Virus record (IMG/VR): IMGVR_UViG_3300025012_000029
Coordinates: 64,001 to 128,000 of that record
Length of the DNA: 64,000 nt
Reading direction: 5' to 3' (one strand)
Source of the DNA: a virus
Taxonomy: Duplodnaviria > Caudoviricetes
The notes beneath the pieces are model-generated. The model saw only the letters and a program-made list of their open reading frames with translations. It was not told where the DNA came from and did no database searches. The translations under genes were made by a program, and so were the position numbers. Shown here piece by piece: positions 1-8,219 of this stretch. How positions within the stretch are numbered: the stretch's first letter is position 1; the number at the start of each line of letters is the position of its first letter.

Positions 1-726
1 CATATCGCTATCAACTTCTTCAGCTAAACCGGCCGTGGGTTGTTCAATTGGATTTTCATCTTCGGGACTAGCTGTATCTTCAGTTCCAGCAGAACTTTGT
101 AATTGAGAAATAAGAGATTCTAGTTCCTGTTTTTCTTCAGGAACATTAATCTTTCCTACTGTTGATTCTAGTTGATTAATTGCGCTATCCAATAGACTTC
201 TTGGCACAGGTTTTCCGGCATATGCCAATGAACCAACTTTATAAACTGGATCTCCCATTCCCATATGATACATATGTAATTCAGGTCCCAATTGAGCTGG
301 AATCTCTACTCCATCGGAATCTTCTTCCATAAACATTCCATCTTCTTCCATTGTAGGAGCAAGAGGATCGCCCATTTGTCCAGGGAGTCCACCTAATTCG
401 TCTCCACCCGAACTCATTTGAGAGAGTTCGTCGAAATCAATTTCAATTTCTTCTTCGTCTTCTGGACATGGGCAAGTAGATTCCCCATCAGTGGCAGCCA
501 ATGTTAAATCTTTTGCCAGAGGATCTTCTGTTGGCGGCATGCCCATAGAGTCTCCACCAAGCGGATCTGCTAATGCTAAATCTTCATCATCCTGCTCTAA
601 CAAAGATTCTACTGCTTCCTTAATTTGAGGAGCATACCTTTCAAGAACCATTAGTTCAGCATTTTTAAGTGCTGCCTCTTTTAAAGCCACTGCATCTAGG
701 ATTGCCTGATCGAGCATAGAACTCAT
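1..726 (-). CDS. Prohead core scaffold-like protein (N-terminal part; runs off the window start)
   Basis: Not in the ORF track. Hand translation from ATG at 726: MSSMLDQAILDAVALKEAALKNAELMVLERYAPQIKEAVESLLEQDDED..., no stop to base 1. SD AGGAG upstream; very acidic; lies downstream of portal and protease. Confidence 0.65.
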   Translation of the reverse strand, partial: MSSMLDQAILDAVALKEAALKNAELMVLERYAPQIKEAVESLLEQDDEDLALADPLGGDSMGMPPTEDPLAKDLTLAATDGESTCPCPEDEEEIEIDFDELSQMSSGGDELGGLPGQMGDPLAPTMEEDGMFMEEDSDGVEIPAQLGPELHMYHMGMGDPVYKVGSLAYAGKPVPRSLLDSAINQLESTVGKINVPEEKQELESLISQLQSSAGTEDTASPEDENPIEQPTAGLAEEVDSDM

Positions 727-770
727 TGTAATAAACTCCTAACGTAAAAACGTATAGATATAATCATAGT

Positions 771-778
771 TAAATAGT
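771..778 (-). promoter_or_regulatory. ACTANTTA junction motif (candidate late promoter)
   Basis: ACTATTTA on minus strand, ~45 nt upstream of the scaffold ATG. Confidence 0.5.
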
Positions 779-808
779 ATGTTTTATTACAAAAAGGAAA
801 ATTTTAGG

Positions 809-1087
809 TCAAACCTTTCGAAAACACCATTGGTTAATGTCCAAACCATACTTTTCTGGTCCATTTATATTTAATCCATGAGTGTTGGCTATATAATTGA
901 CTCTTTCTAAAAATAATTGTCGTCCTTTTTTGAAGTCTTCTATTAATCTGTCCTTTTCAATATTTGCTTGTGATAATTGAATTTCTAGATCAGCTAATCT
1001 AACTTTTAGTGCCAAAAGATTTCCATCTATTTCCGTTAATTGAGATACCTCTTCTTCATTTAAAAGGATTTGTTCTTCTAATTCCAT
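809..1087 (-). CDS. Small coiled-coil protein, possible fibre assembly chaperone
   Basis: 92 aa, heptad-rich (LLALKVRLADLEIQLSQANIEKDRL), SD GAGG, two genes downstream of a fibre gene; function is inference. Confidence 0.55.
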   Translation of the reverse strand: MELEEQILLNEEEVSQLTEIDGNLLALKVRLADLEIQLSQANIEKDRLIEDFKKGRQLFLERVNYIANTHGLNINGPEKYGLDINQWCFRKV

Positions 1088-1100
1088 ATTGACCTCTTTC

Positions 1101-1337
1101 TTATACTATTCCTTCTTGTGTATTAATTGCTGCTTCAACCGCTTCCCACATCTGTTCTATTGTGTCTGCAGCTTGAACAGTTATACGTAAAGCACCATAT
1201 TTCACGAATGAGGGTTCGTCAATTGATGAAACTCCATATGAAACATCTACAGTGGCAGGAAAATCCAAAGGAAGTGCTTCTGTCAGATTCATACTAATTG
1301 TAATAGAACCAGATATAATTTGTTTTGTAATTGCCAT
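1101..1337 (-). CDS. Small fibre-associated hypothetical protein
   Basis: 78 aa, SD GAGGA, directly downstream of fibre gene 1356..3101. Confidence 0.6.
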   Translation of the reverse strand: MAITKQIISGSITISMNLTEALPLDFPATVDVSYGVSSIDEPSFVKYGALRITVQAADTIEQMWEAVEAAINTQEGIV

Positions 1338-1355
1338 ATGTTTATCCTCTCATAT

Positions 1356-3101
1356 TCAAGTAGATTTTATTTCCAATCCTCCAAGCCCTTCCCAATGTTT
1401 TATTGCGTCTGGATCTTTCCTGGTTCCAACAACTAGCACATTGTATTTTCCAACAGAATCCGCCTGAATAATTAAGCTTGTATAGTCATCGTTTATTTTA
1501 CCAAATGCTTTTCCAAAATGTCCGTCTGCATTAACCCATACCTGTACATTTTCATTTAAATACTTAAAATAATCTGGCAATTCGACAACCGTCATCAAAT
1601 AATCTTTTACTATAGCTGAAAATCTATAAAGATTGTCTCCTCTCGTTGGAGACTCTACGAAACTATGACGAAGTTTTGTTCCACTTTTTTCTGGAACGGG
1701 GTTATTTATTAAAAAAGAACCAGCGGTTTTGCTTAGAGAACCTGAAACATGTAAATTAGTCCTAAACATGCTTCCGCTGGCAGCCAATTCGAGCGCACTA
1801 GTCAATGCATTCAAGGAAGCGCCAGAAGAACCAGACGGAGATACTTGGAAATGTATATTTCCTTGTCCTGTGCCAGTTGATTTTCCAGAAGCAATTATCA
1901 TTTTCCCGCCATCAACATTAGAACCAGAAGCATTGGTGGCGTGATATATTACCGTTCCAGGAGAAGCTGCAATTTCTCCCTGTCCAATGTAAACATCCGT
2001 TATCGTTGACGTAGAACTTCCAACAATAAATTGTGAAGAAGAAACAGAAGTTGCCTGATTTCCTAAAACAATAGAATTCGACGCCGAGACGTTTGTAAAT
2101 GCTCCAATAACGATACTGTTCGAGCCAGATAGCTGACCAGTTCTGCCAATCAGAATAGCACGGTCTCCATCAATAGTAGAGGTTGCTCCAATTGTGATGG
2201 AACCGCTTCCGCCACCTTTGTGTAAAGCAGTTTGTCCAATTGTAATTCCTGCCAAGCCTCCAATACAAGCCGCGGAATGTCCAAAAACTATATTAGTTCC
2301 GCCGCCGCCAACAGTTGTTACGGCAAAATGTCCTATGGCAATATCGTTTGCTCTAACTGTAGCTGACGAATTTCCGATGGAAATACACGTTGATCCTTGT
2401 GCCTGAGCAAAATCTCCAATCGCAATACAACTCGCCGCAACTGCACGTGCTCCTTCGCCGACGGCAACGTTTCCAAGAGAAGTCGCTTCCGAAGACTCTC
2501 CTATGGCAACAGTATTCGTAGCCGAACCAGTAGCTAGCTTACCAATAACAGTACTATCGACGCCAGACGCAAGAGCATTTCTGCCTATACAAACAGAACC
2601 AATTCCAATTGTCCCATGTGACCCAGAACCTAACAAAGTTGACGTTTCGTCTGCTTTTAAGATTATGTTGCCATCAGAACCAGAAAACGTAATCGAACCA
2701 GAACTAGATATCGTTATAATTGGTTGCAATTTTATAACAACTGGATCAGGATAGGTCCCAGACAAGTCTCCACCAGCAGGACCCGACGGGGCTCCACCGC
2801 TACCAGTTGCAGCAGTAATCGTTACTGTTCCATTTGAACCAGTCGCAAGAGTTATGTTTGTTCCAGCAATGAGGTAATCAGAGCCATCAAAAACTTTTTG
2901 TATAGAGCCTGTTAAACCACTGCCAGCAATAAAATTTCCAGTTATGGCAGTTGTTCCAGATATCTGAATATTTGATCCACTTATGATTATTCTATTAGAT
3001 GTTTCCCAATACGGTTCCGATGATGAACTGTTGGCAATAATGGTATATCCATGAGAGCCAGACTCGGTAGATAATTGTTTTAACCTAGTTTTGCCAGTCA
3101 T
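1356..3101 (-). CDS. Fibre/adhesin with YadA-head-like beta-roll repeats
   Basis: Run of ~14-aa repeats of type A-x-G-x-x-S/A-x-A-I-G (e.g. ALASGVDSTVIG, ATGSATNTVAIG, AVAASCIAIG); Gly/Ser-rich; C-terminal HSFVESP...VELPDYFKYLNENVQVWV domain typical of phage fibre C-termini. Confidence 0.75.
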   Translation of the reverse strand: MTGKTRLKQLSTESGSHGYTIIANSSSSEPYWETSNRIIISGSNIQISGTTAITGNFIAGSGLTGSIQKVFDGSDYLIAGTNITLATGSNGTVTITAATGSGGAPSGPAGGDLSGTYPDPVVIKLQPIITISSSGSITFSGSDGNIILKADETSTLLGSGSHGTIGIGSVCIGRNALASGVDSTVIGKLATGSATNTVAIGESSEATSLGNVAVGEGARAVAASCIAIGDFAQAQGSTCISIGNSSATVRANDIAIGHFAVTTVGGGGTNIVFGHSAACIGGLAGITIGQTALHKGGGSGSITIGATSTIDGDRAILIGRTGQLSGSNSIVIGAFTNVSASNSIVLGNQATSVSSSQFIVGSSTSTITDVYIGQGEIAASPGTVIYHATNASGSNVDGGKMIIASGKSTGTGQGNIHFQVSPSGSSGASLNALTSALELAASGSMFRTNLHVSGSLSKTAGSFLINNPVPEKSGTKLRHSFVESPTRGDNLYRFSAIVKDYLMTVVELPDYFKYLNENVQVWVNADGHFGKAFGKINDDYTSLIIQADSVGKYNVLVVGTRKDPDAIKHWEGLGGLEIKST

Positions 3102-3133
3102 TATGAAAAATTCCTAAATTATAATTAGGCAAA

Positions 3134-3691
3134 TTAGACTTTTATTTCAAGCCACGCTCCGTATATGAGAACCGCGTGTTTATTTTTTTTCATTATGTCT
3201 ATTGTTACTCTGAACAGTTCATTTCTCAATAAAAGAGATTCGTCCAATGTAAAATATGCTCTTTCTTTTTTTCCTGTCCTACCAACAATCTCAGATGTTT
3301 TTCCTAAATGAAGTTCTGACGGATCACCACAACCATAATTGACGCGAAAATCAAATTTGGCATTCTTATCTGCCTCGTATTCGATAACGACATTAAATTG
3401 TTTCTCTCCCCATGATCTTGGAATTGGCACTGGAAGATATTTTACATAACAATGTCCAAATCCTTCTTCATCAACATTTCTTTTTCCTGCTATTTTAATC
3501 CCACCCAAAAGAATATCATCGTAACTCCACCAAGAAGCGCCATCGCATAACTGAATTGGCATTAATAAAGCTGTTGCCGGATCTTCAACTCCTTGAAGTT
3601 GTTTTGCTGCAATTTTTCTTTTAGTAGGAAAAGACGAAGGGGGGATTGCCCCCCCTTCTGTTATTTGTAAAACCGCCTGAAATTCGCCCAT
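3134..3691 (-). CDS. Hypothetical protein in fibre cluster
   Basis: 185 aa ORF filling the gap between two fibre genes; no family recognised. Confidence 0.6.
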   Translation of the reverse strand: MGEFQAVLQITEGGAIPPSSFPTKRKIAAKQLQGVEDPATALLMPIQLCDGASWWSYDDILLGGIKIAGKRNVDEEGFGHCYVKYLPVPIPRSWGEKQFNVVIEYEADKNAKFDFRVNYGCGDPSELHLGKTSEIVGRTGKKERAYFTLDESLLLRNELFRVTIDIMKKNKHAVLIYGAWLEIKV

Positions 3692-3714
3692 ACACTATAT
3701 AGGCGCATCATTCA

Positions 3715-4902
3715 TTAAGTTGCGCTGAAGTAATAAACTAGCAATTCATCGTTGGTAGCAAGATCAACTGCGGTTCCTGTTCCAGCAAGCCATGTAATGG
3801 TCGCTCCAGAAATCGTGTAATCAAATCCTGAACCTTGACGTTGTAGCAAACCATTCAAATAAACATGAAGATTGCTCGAAGTAATTGGTGTTCCGGCAAA
3901 AGATGGCAAACCAGAGTCAGCAGTTACTGAGGCAGTAATTGCTACATTTTCATAACGAGCAAGATCGCGAACGTGAGTATGATCTGCACGAGCAAGTGCA
4001 TTGGATGAACCTTCCGCATTTGCTGAAGCAAGTCCTACTGCTGTTGCTGTAAATACCGCATGAACGTGATCACCGCGAGATGCCGAAGGTGAAGTTCCAA
4101 GTGAAGCGGCAACACCAGCACTTACTGCTGATACTGAACCAGAGAAATAAGAAACTTCTACATTGTCGGCAAGAACAATAATACCTGGTCCGGCACCAAC
4201 ATCAAGTATGTTTCCAGTCTTTGTGAGACCTTGACCAGCCGTGATAGCTCCCGTTCCAGTGAATTGCGTAAATGTAAGAGAAGTTGTTCCAAGTGTAATT
4301 GGATTATCTGTATTTAGAACCCAACCTTGATCTCCATTTGTTGTTCCTTCTTCAACAAACATTGCCATACCGGCAGTAACTTCAACATCAGCATCAGCAT
4401 CCGTTGCTCTAGTCCACGCACCAGCAGCAATAACATAGATACCATTTTGAGATCCCGATGTTTGATTCTTTACAAGAACGCGATCTCCTATGGATGCTGA
4501 AACGCTGTCAATTTGTTGAGAACCAGTAAGAGCAATTGAGCTTGTAGTTGCTAAACGAACACTATTTTTCCAATCAAGACCATTAGCTAGTGAATCTACA
4601 TATGATTTTGAAGTCGCATCTCCAGCTAAAGTGGGAGTACCCAAATTGGTAAGCTTAAATCCGCCGATCGATTGATCGGCAGTGAATGCTTGTCCACCAT
4701 CAGCTTGAATAACCGCTTCTTCGAGTTTGGTTAGTGCTATCGAAGCAGTTGTAAATTTTGTGCCTACAGTTGTAAAATTAAAATAGTCAGTTTGAATTTT
4801 CGCACGGCCGGCGGAATCTGCACTAAGAACGTTATCGGTTAAATTCGCGGTAGCGACACCATCTGATCCGGTTGCTATCTGTTTTCCTTTCAAAAAACTC
4901 AT
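3715..4902 (-). CDS. Fibre/decoration protein
   Basis: Contains the common phage module WKNSVRLATT...DRVLVKNQT...QNGIYV...WTRATDAD, plus a C-terminal VYLNGLLQ...DYTISGATITW beta module; SD TAAGGAG. Confidence 0.75.
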   Translation of the reverse strand: MSFLKGKQIATGSDGVATANLTDNVLSADSAGRAKIQTDYFNFTTVGTKFTTASIALTKLEEAVIQADGGQAFTADQSIGGFKLTNLGTPTLAGDATSKSYVDSLANGLDWKNSVRLATTSSIALTGSQQIDSVSASIGDRVLVKNQTSGSQNGIYVIAAGAWTRATDADADVEVTAGMAMFVEEGTTNGDQGWVLNTDNPITLGTTSLTFTQFTGTGAITAGQGLTKTGNILDVGAGPGIIVLADNVEVSYFSGSVSAVSAGVAASLGTSPSASRGDHVHAVFTATAVGLASANAEGSSNALARADHTHVRDLARYENVAITASVTADSGLPSFAGTPITSSNLHVYLNGLLQRQGSGFDYTISGATITWLAGTGTAVDLATNDELLVYYFSAT

Positions 4903-4916
4903 ATATATATTCTCCT

Positions 4917-4966
4917 TATGCTAAAGCAAATTATTTTTATAATAAACTTTAGCATACCTGCTAAAG
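4917..4966 (-). promoter_or_regulatory. Triple CTTTAGCA/TGCTAAAG repeat in 5' UTR (alternative hairpins)
   Basis: Copies at 4959-4966, 4947-4954 (inverted) and 4919-4926; the last abuts the SD. Confidence 0.5.
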
Positions 4967-4973
4967 CTATTGA

Positions 4974-4981
4974 TAAGTAGT
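4974..4981 (-). promoter_or_regulatory. ACTANTTA junction motif
   Basis: ACTACTTA on minus strand, ~72 nt upstream of ATG 4902. Confidence 0.5.
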
Positions 4982-4999
4982 TTTATTGTTATAAAAAAG

Positions 5000-5500
5000 C
5001 TACTTTAATCTTATAAAATTTTTTCCTAACCTGCAGCGCTCAATTAAATCCTGTGGAGTTGTTCTTTCTGGATCTAAGTCCATCCATTCTTCAATCAATT
5101 TCTCGTGATCGACATGGCAAACGAACTCACTACAAACTAATGCTATTGGAGACGCTAAAGGATTTTTCATTTTTTTCCTAAACCATCTCCACATAATAAG
5201 TATTATTGCATATCCTAGCAAACCGACATAATCATATCTTTCACCTAAATGTTCGCAGGCATGTTTTATCCCATCGGACATGTTGGGAACAAATTCATAT
5301 TCTTCGACAACATAATTATTTGTCATCCATTTATCTCTTGGACTAATTTGTACACCACCCATCGTAGAATGTATTAATACTGGCACTCCATATATCTCCA
5401 GTCCAATGGCAACATGACTTGATTCGCTCTTTGTAAACTTCTTTATTAGCCACGAAACTAAAGACCATGTTTTACCTGTAGTAAAAACTAAAGTAATCAT
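5000..5500 (-). CDS. Permuted papain-like (NlpC/P60 superfamily, YiiX/YebB-like) amidase/peptidase
   Basis: His-before-Cys order: SHVAI ... RYDY ... LVCSEFV. Confidence 0.75.
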   Translation of the reverse strand: MITLVFTTGKTWSLVSWLIKKFTKSESSHVAIGLEIYGVPVLIHSTMGGVQISPRDKWMTNNYVVEEYEFVPNMSDGIKHACEHLGERYDYVGLLGYAIILIMWRWFRKKMKNPLASPIALVCSEFVCHVDHEKLIEEWMDLDPERTTPQDLIERCRLGKNFIRLK

Positions 5501-6222
5501 ATCGATGTATCCCTCCTAAAACAAAGCAACCATGCTGCTACATCTCCCGCTCCATCGCTTTGTTTATCAATTTTCATTACCATTTTCCAATTTGGATGTA
5601 TCCATTCAACTTTATATACATCAATATCTAGTACTCCCGTTTGATGCCCAAGAGGAATTTTCATAAGGAAGGCTACTTTTATTTCCGCAGTTATCAAGTT
5701 CCATCTAGCAGAACCTGGAGAAGCTGACATGGAAATGACTCCAGTATTATGATTTACGTCCCAATAGCCAGTTGAATCGTCAGATGGAACTGGGACGGCT
5801 TTTGCCAAATCTACGTCGTGCGCTCCAGAAATTGCTGGAATTATTATGTTAAACCCTTGTCCTGTGTCGATTGAATTGCAATTGCCCTCGCCAGAATCGT
5901 TTACACTCACATACGTAGATGACAAAACGGCATAAAAAGTAACAGAGTCGTCAAAACTCCAATTGTCAACTGGTTTAAATATTACTTGTCCGTCATGAAT
6001 TTCTGTTGGCGAATTAAATGAAAATTCTACAGTTTTTTCTCCTCTTGAATCTCCAGCAGACCAAGATAAATGAAACTTATTGCCAGCGCCTTTTATAGAA
6101 CCAGAATCACCAACGCCAGTGAACCAAGTTTTAAAACCATCCGTGGAGGGAGAAGTAACAACAAGTTGTTTACCGTCCTCTTCAAGAGCAGGTAGCAAAA
6201 TTCCAGGCATTATTGAAGTCAT
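5497..6222 (-). CDS. Hypothetical beta-rich protein, probably virion-associated
   Basis: 241 aa, 4-nt overlap coupling with the next gene. Confidence 0.6.
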   Translation of the reverse strand: MTSIMPGILLPALEEDGKQLVVTSPSTDGFKTWFTGVGDSGSIKGAGNKFHLSWSAGDSRGEKTVEFSFNSPTEIHDGQVIFKPVDNWSFDDSVTFYAVLSSTYVSVNDSGEGNCNSIDTGQGFNIIIPAISGAHDVDLAKAVPVPSDDSTGYWDVNHNTGVISMSASPGSARWNLITAEIKVAFLMKIPLGHQTGVLDIDVYKVEWIHPNWKMVMKIDKQSDGAGDVAAWLLCFRRDTSI

Positions 6223-6223
6223 A

Positions 6224-6730
6224 CTAAGTTCCCTCTCTTCTTATTTTAACTCTTATATTGTTAGATGTTTTCTGTGTAGAATAGTTGTAAGTTGCTGTGT
6301 CTTCTACCGAACCAGAAGCGTTGTAAGTATCCACTTTTTTGTTTAAAAGTATTCCGCTACTGTTGTAGGTGTAAGATGTTTTTTTTCTGATGTCTGCAAA
6401 GTTTTCGTCTGCCCCTTTTGAGGCATATTCAGATAAATTCAATAGCCTTCCTTGGGAATTGTATTCTTCTTCGACGTATTTTGGTTCGAAGACGACACCA
6501 GAACTGCCTGTTGTCTGAGTTATATATTCGTCTTTTCTGTGAAAAGAAAGCCTTCTGGTTTTCATAAATTCATCTAAAGAATGTTTTTCGACAGATGTTA
6601 GGTCGTCGTTAAAGATGATGGCCACTTCTGGAACCCACGCACTTTTTATAAAACTTGGCGATAGACCAGTGGACCCTGATATTTTTGTTTCAAGATCTTG
6701 AATTTCGCTTCTGTAAATAAACAACCACAT
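6224..6730 (-). CDS. Hypothetical protein with YD-like beta-hairpin stretches
   Basis: 168 aa; EEEYNSQGRLL / SYTYNSSGILL repeats. Confidence 0.55.
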   Translation of the reverse strand: MWLFIYRSEIQDLETKISGSTGLSPSFIKSAWVPEVAIIFNDDLTSVEKHSLDEFMKTRRLSFHRKDEYITQTTGSSGVVFEPKYVEEEYNSQGRLLNLSEYASKGADENFADIRKKTSYTYNSSGILLNKKVDTYNASGSVEDTATYNYSTQKTSNNIRVKIRREGT

Positions 6731-6739
6731 ATTAATTAA

Positions 6740-6747
6740 TAAATAGT
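6740..6747 (-). promoter_or_regulatory. ACTANTTA junction motif
   Basis: TAACTATTTATTAATTAATATG: motif ~10 nt before ATG 6730, no SD. Confidence 0.5.
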
Positions 6748-8213
6748 TAAAAATTCTTTAATCTTATCAGAGGAACAACATCTAAAATACTAGCTGTAGT
6801 TTGTGTTGTTGGGTAAAAAACACTTCCAGTCGTATTAGCTAGAATCGTCGTTGTAAAACATGTTGGATGCAAACCATTAGGGACTTCTACATTGACCAAA
6901 TCTAATGTTTGAACTGTGTAAGTCCTAAGTGTTGCCGAACCAGTAGCGGAATTTCGTCCCCACAAACAATAAAATACTCCTTGTTGAATCCACGTTTCCC
7001 CTTCTTGAATTGGAAATTCGTAAATCGCTGCTCCATTTGGCAAACTAGCAGAAAAAACAGTAGCAATTCGATGAGCAACGCCATGTGCGCTTCCATTTGC
7101 CGTTTGAAATATTTGAAATGTCATTGTTGGATTTGATGTAACGGCAGTAAATTTAGCCACAATTTTAGAGATTTCCATCGATGACAATGCCAAAAATGAA
7201 GCTCCCTCTAAAACTGTTTGAGCAACCCTAGTAGAATTTCCAGCAACTCGTGTTTCTGGAATTGGTAGATATTCTGTATGTTCTAACCCAAACGACTTGG
7301 CAAAATACATATCATCAATTCCAACCATCGGAAAAGTTGCACTAGGCATGGAATGTAAAATATAAATGGAATGTTCTTGAGAAAAGCCGTCAGCAACATG
7401 GACTGTCAGTCCATGTTGTATCAACGAACCGCTATCAAAATCTGACGACCGCGTCCACGACCCTGTTGAGGCGAGATATATGCCATTAACAACTTTGTTG
7501 GATTGATTTTTTACTAAAATTCTATCCCCAAAAGATGGAGAACCATATGTTCCGCTTATATCATCGTCAATTGGATATAACCCAGACAATATTAACGAAG
7601 CCGTGGAAGCAAATCTAACCGTGTCTCTGAAAAGAGAAAATGGTGTTGTAGAGGCTGAAACGACAATAGTATTATTCGAACCTGATTGAACAGAAATCAC
7701 CTGACTTCCTGATAAACTTCTAAATCGTAAATCAACTCCAACTTTGTTAACAAAAATTCCCTCTCCCGAGCCTAGATTCGATGCCGTATTTGCTTCCCCA
7801 GTTCCAGAGCCAGAAGCGGCCGAACTAGAAATTATTATTGTTCCATTCGAACTTGAAACAACAACGCCTCCGCTACCAGAAATACTCTTAAAAATAAAGT
7901 TTGTTCCTTGTTTGTCAAAAAACGTTCCAACACCAGAGCCAGTATTTGATGCTGATAAAATAGCAGAGCTGGAAACGTTATTCAATAATGCCAAGGAAGA
8001 CGATAAATTTAATATTCCTTCTCCAACATCAAATACGACAGAGCCGCTTTGAACATATGCTAATAGTTGTTCATCAGACTGTATTTGGTATACTTTATTA
8101 AAATCAGTCAATACCGTACTTCCACTTCCTGAAGCTGGCAATATTCTGTTTGGAACAGATAAATCATCAAGCGATAAAGAACTAGTAGTTTGATTATATG
8201 CTATTATTCCCAT
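6747..8213 (-). CDS. Fibre/decoration protein
   Basis: Two copies of the ASNxGxGxGxFxxK...F(K/R)SxSGS repeat plus a VRFASTA...DRILVKNQS...NGIY...WTRSSD module like that of 3715..4902. Confidence 0.7.
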   Translation of the reverse strand: MGIIAYNQTTSSLSLDDLSVPNRILPASGSGSTVLTDFNKVYQIQSDEQLLAYVQSGSVVFDVGEGILNLSSSLALLNNVSSSAILSASNTGSGVGTFFDKQGTNFIFKSISGSGGVVVSSSNGTIIISSSAASGSGTGEANTASNLGSGEGIFVNKVGVDLRFRSLSGSQVISVQSGSNNTIVVSASTTPFSLFRDTVRFASTASLILSGLYPIDDDISGTYGSPSFGDRILVKNQSNKVVNGIYLASTGSWTRSSDFDSGSLIQHGLTVHVADGFSQEHSIYILHSMPSATFPMVGIDDMYFAKSFGLEHTEYLPIPETRVAGNSTRVAQTVLEGASFLALSSMEISKIVAKFTAVTSNPTMTFQIFQTANGSAHGVAHRIATVFSASLPNGAAIYEFPIQEGETWIQQGVFYCLWGRNSATGSATLRTYTVQTLDLVNVEVPNGLHPTCFTTTILANTTGSVFYPTTQTTASILDVVPLIRLKNF

Positions 8214-8219
8214 AATATA

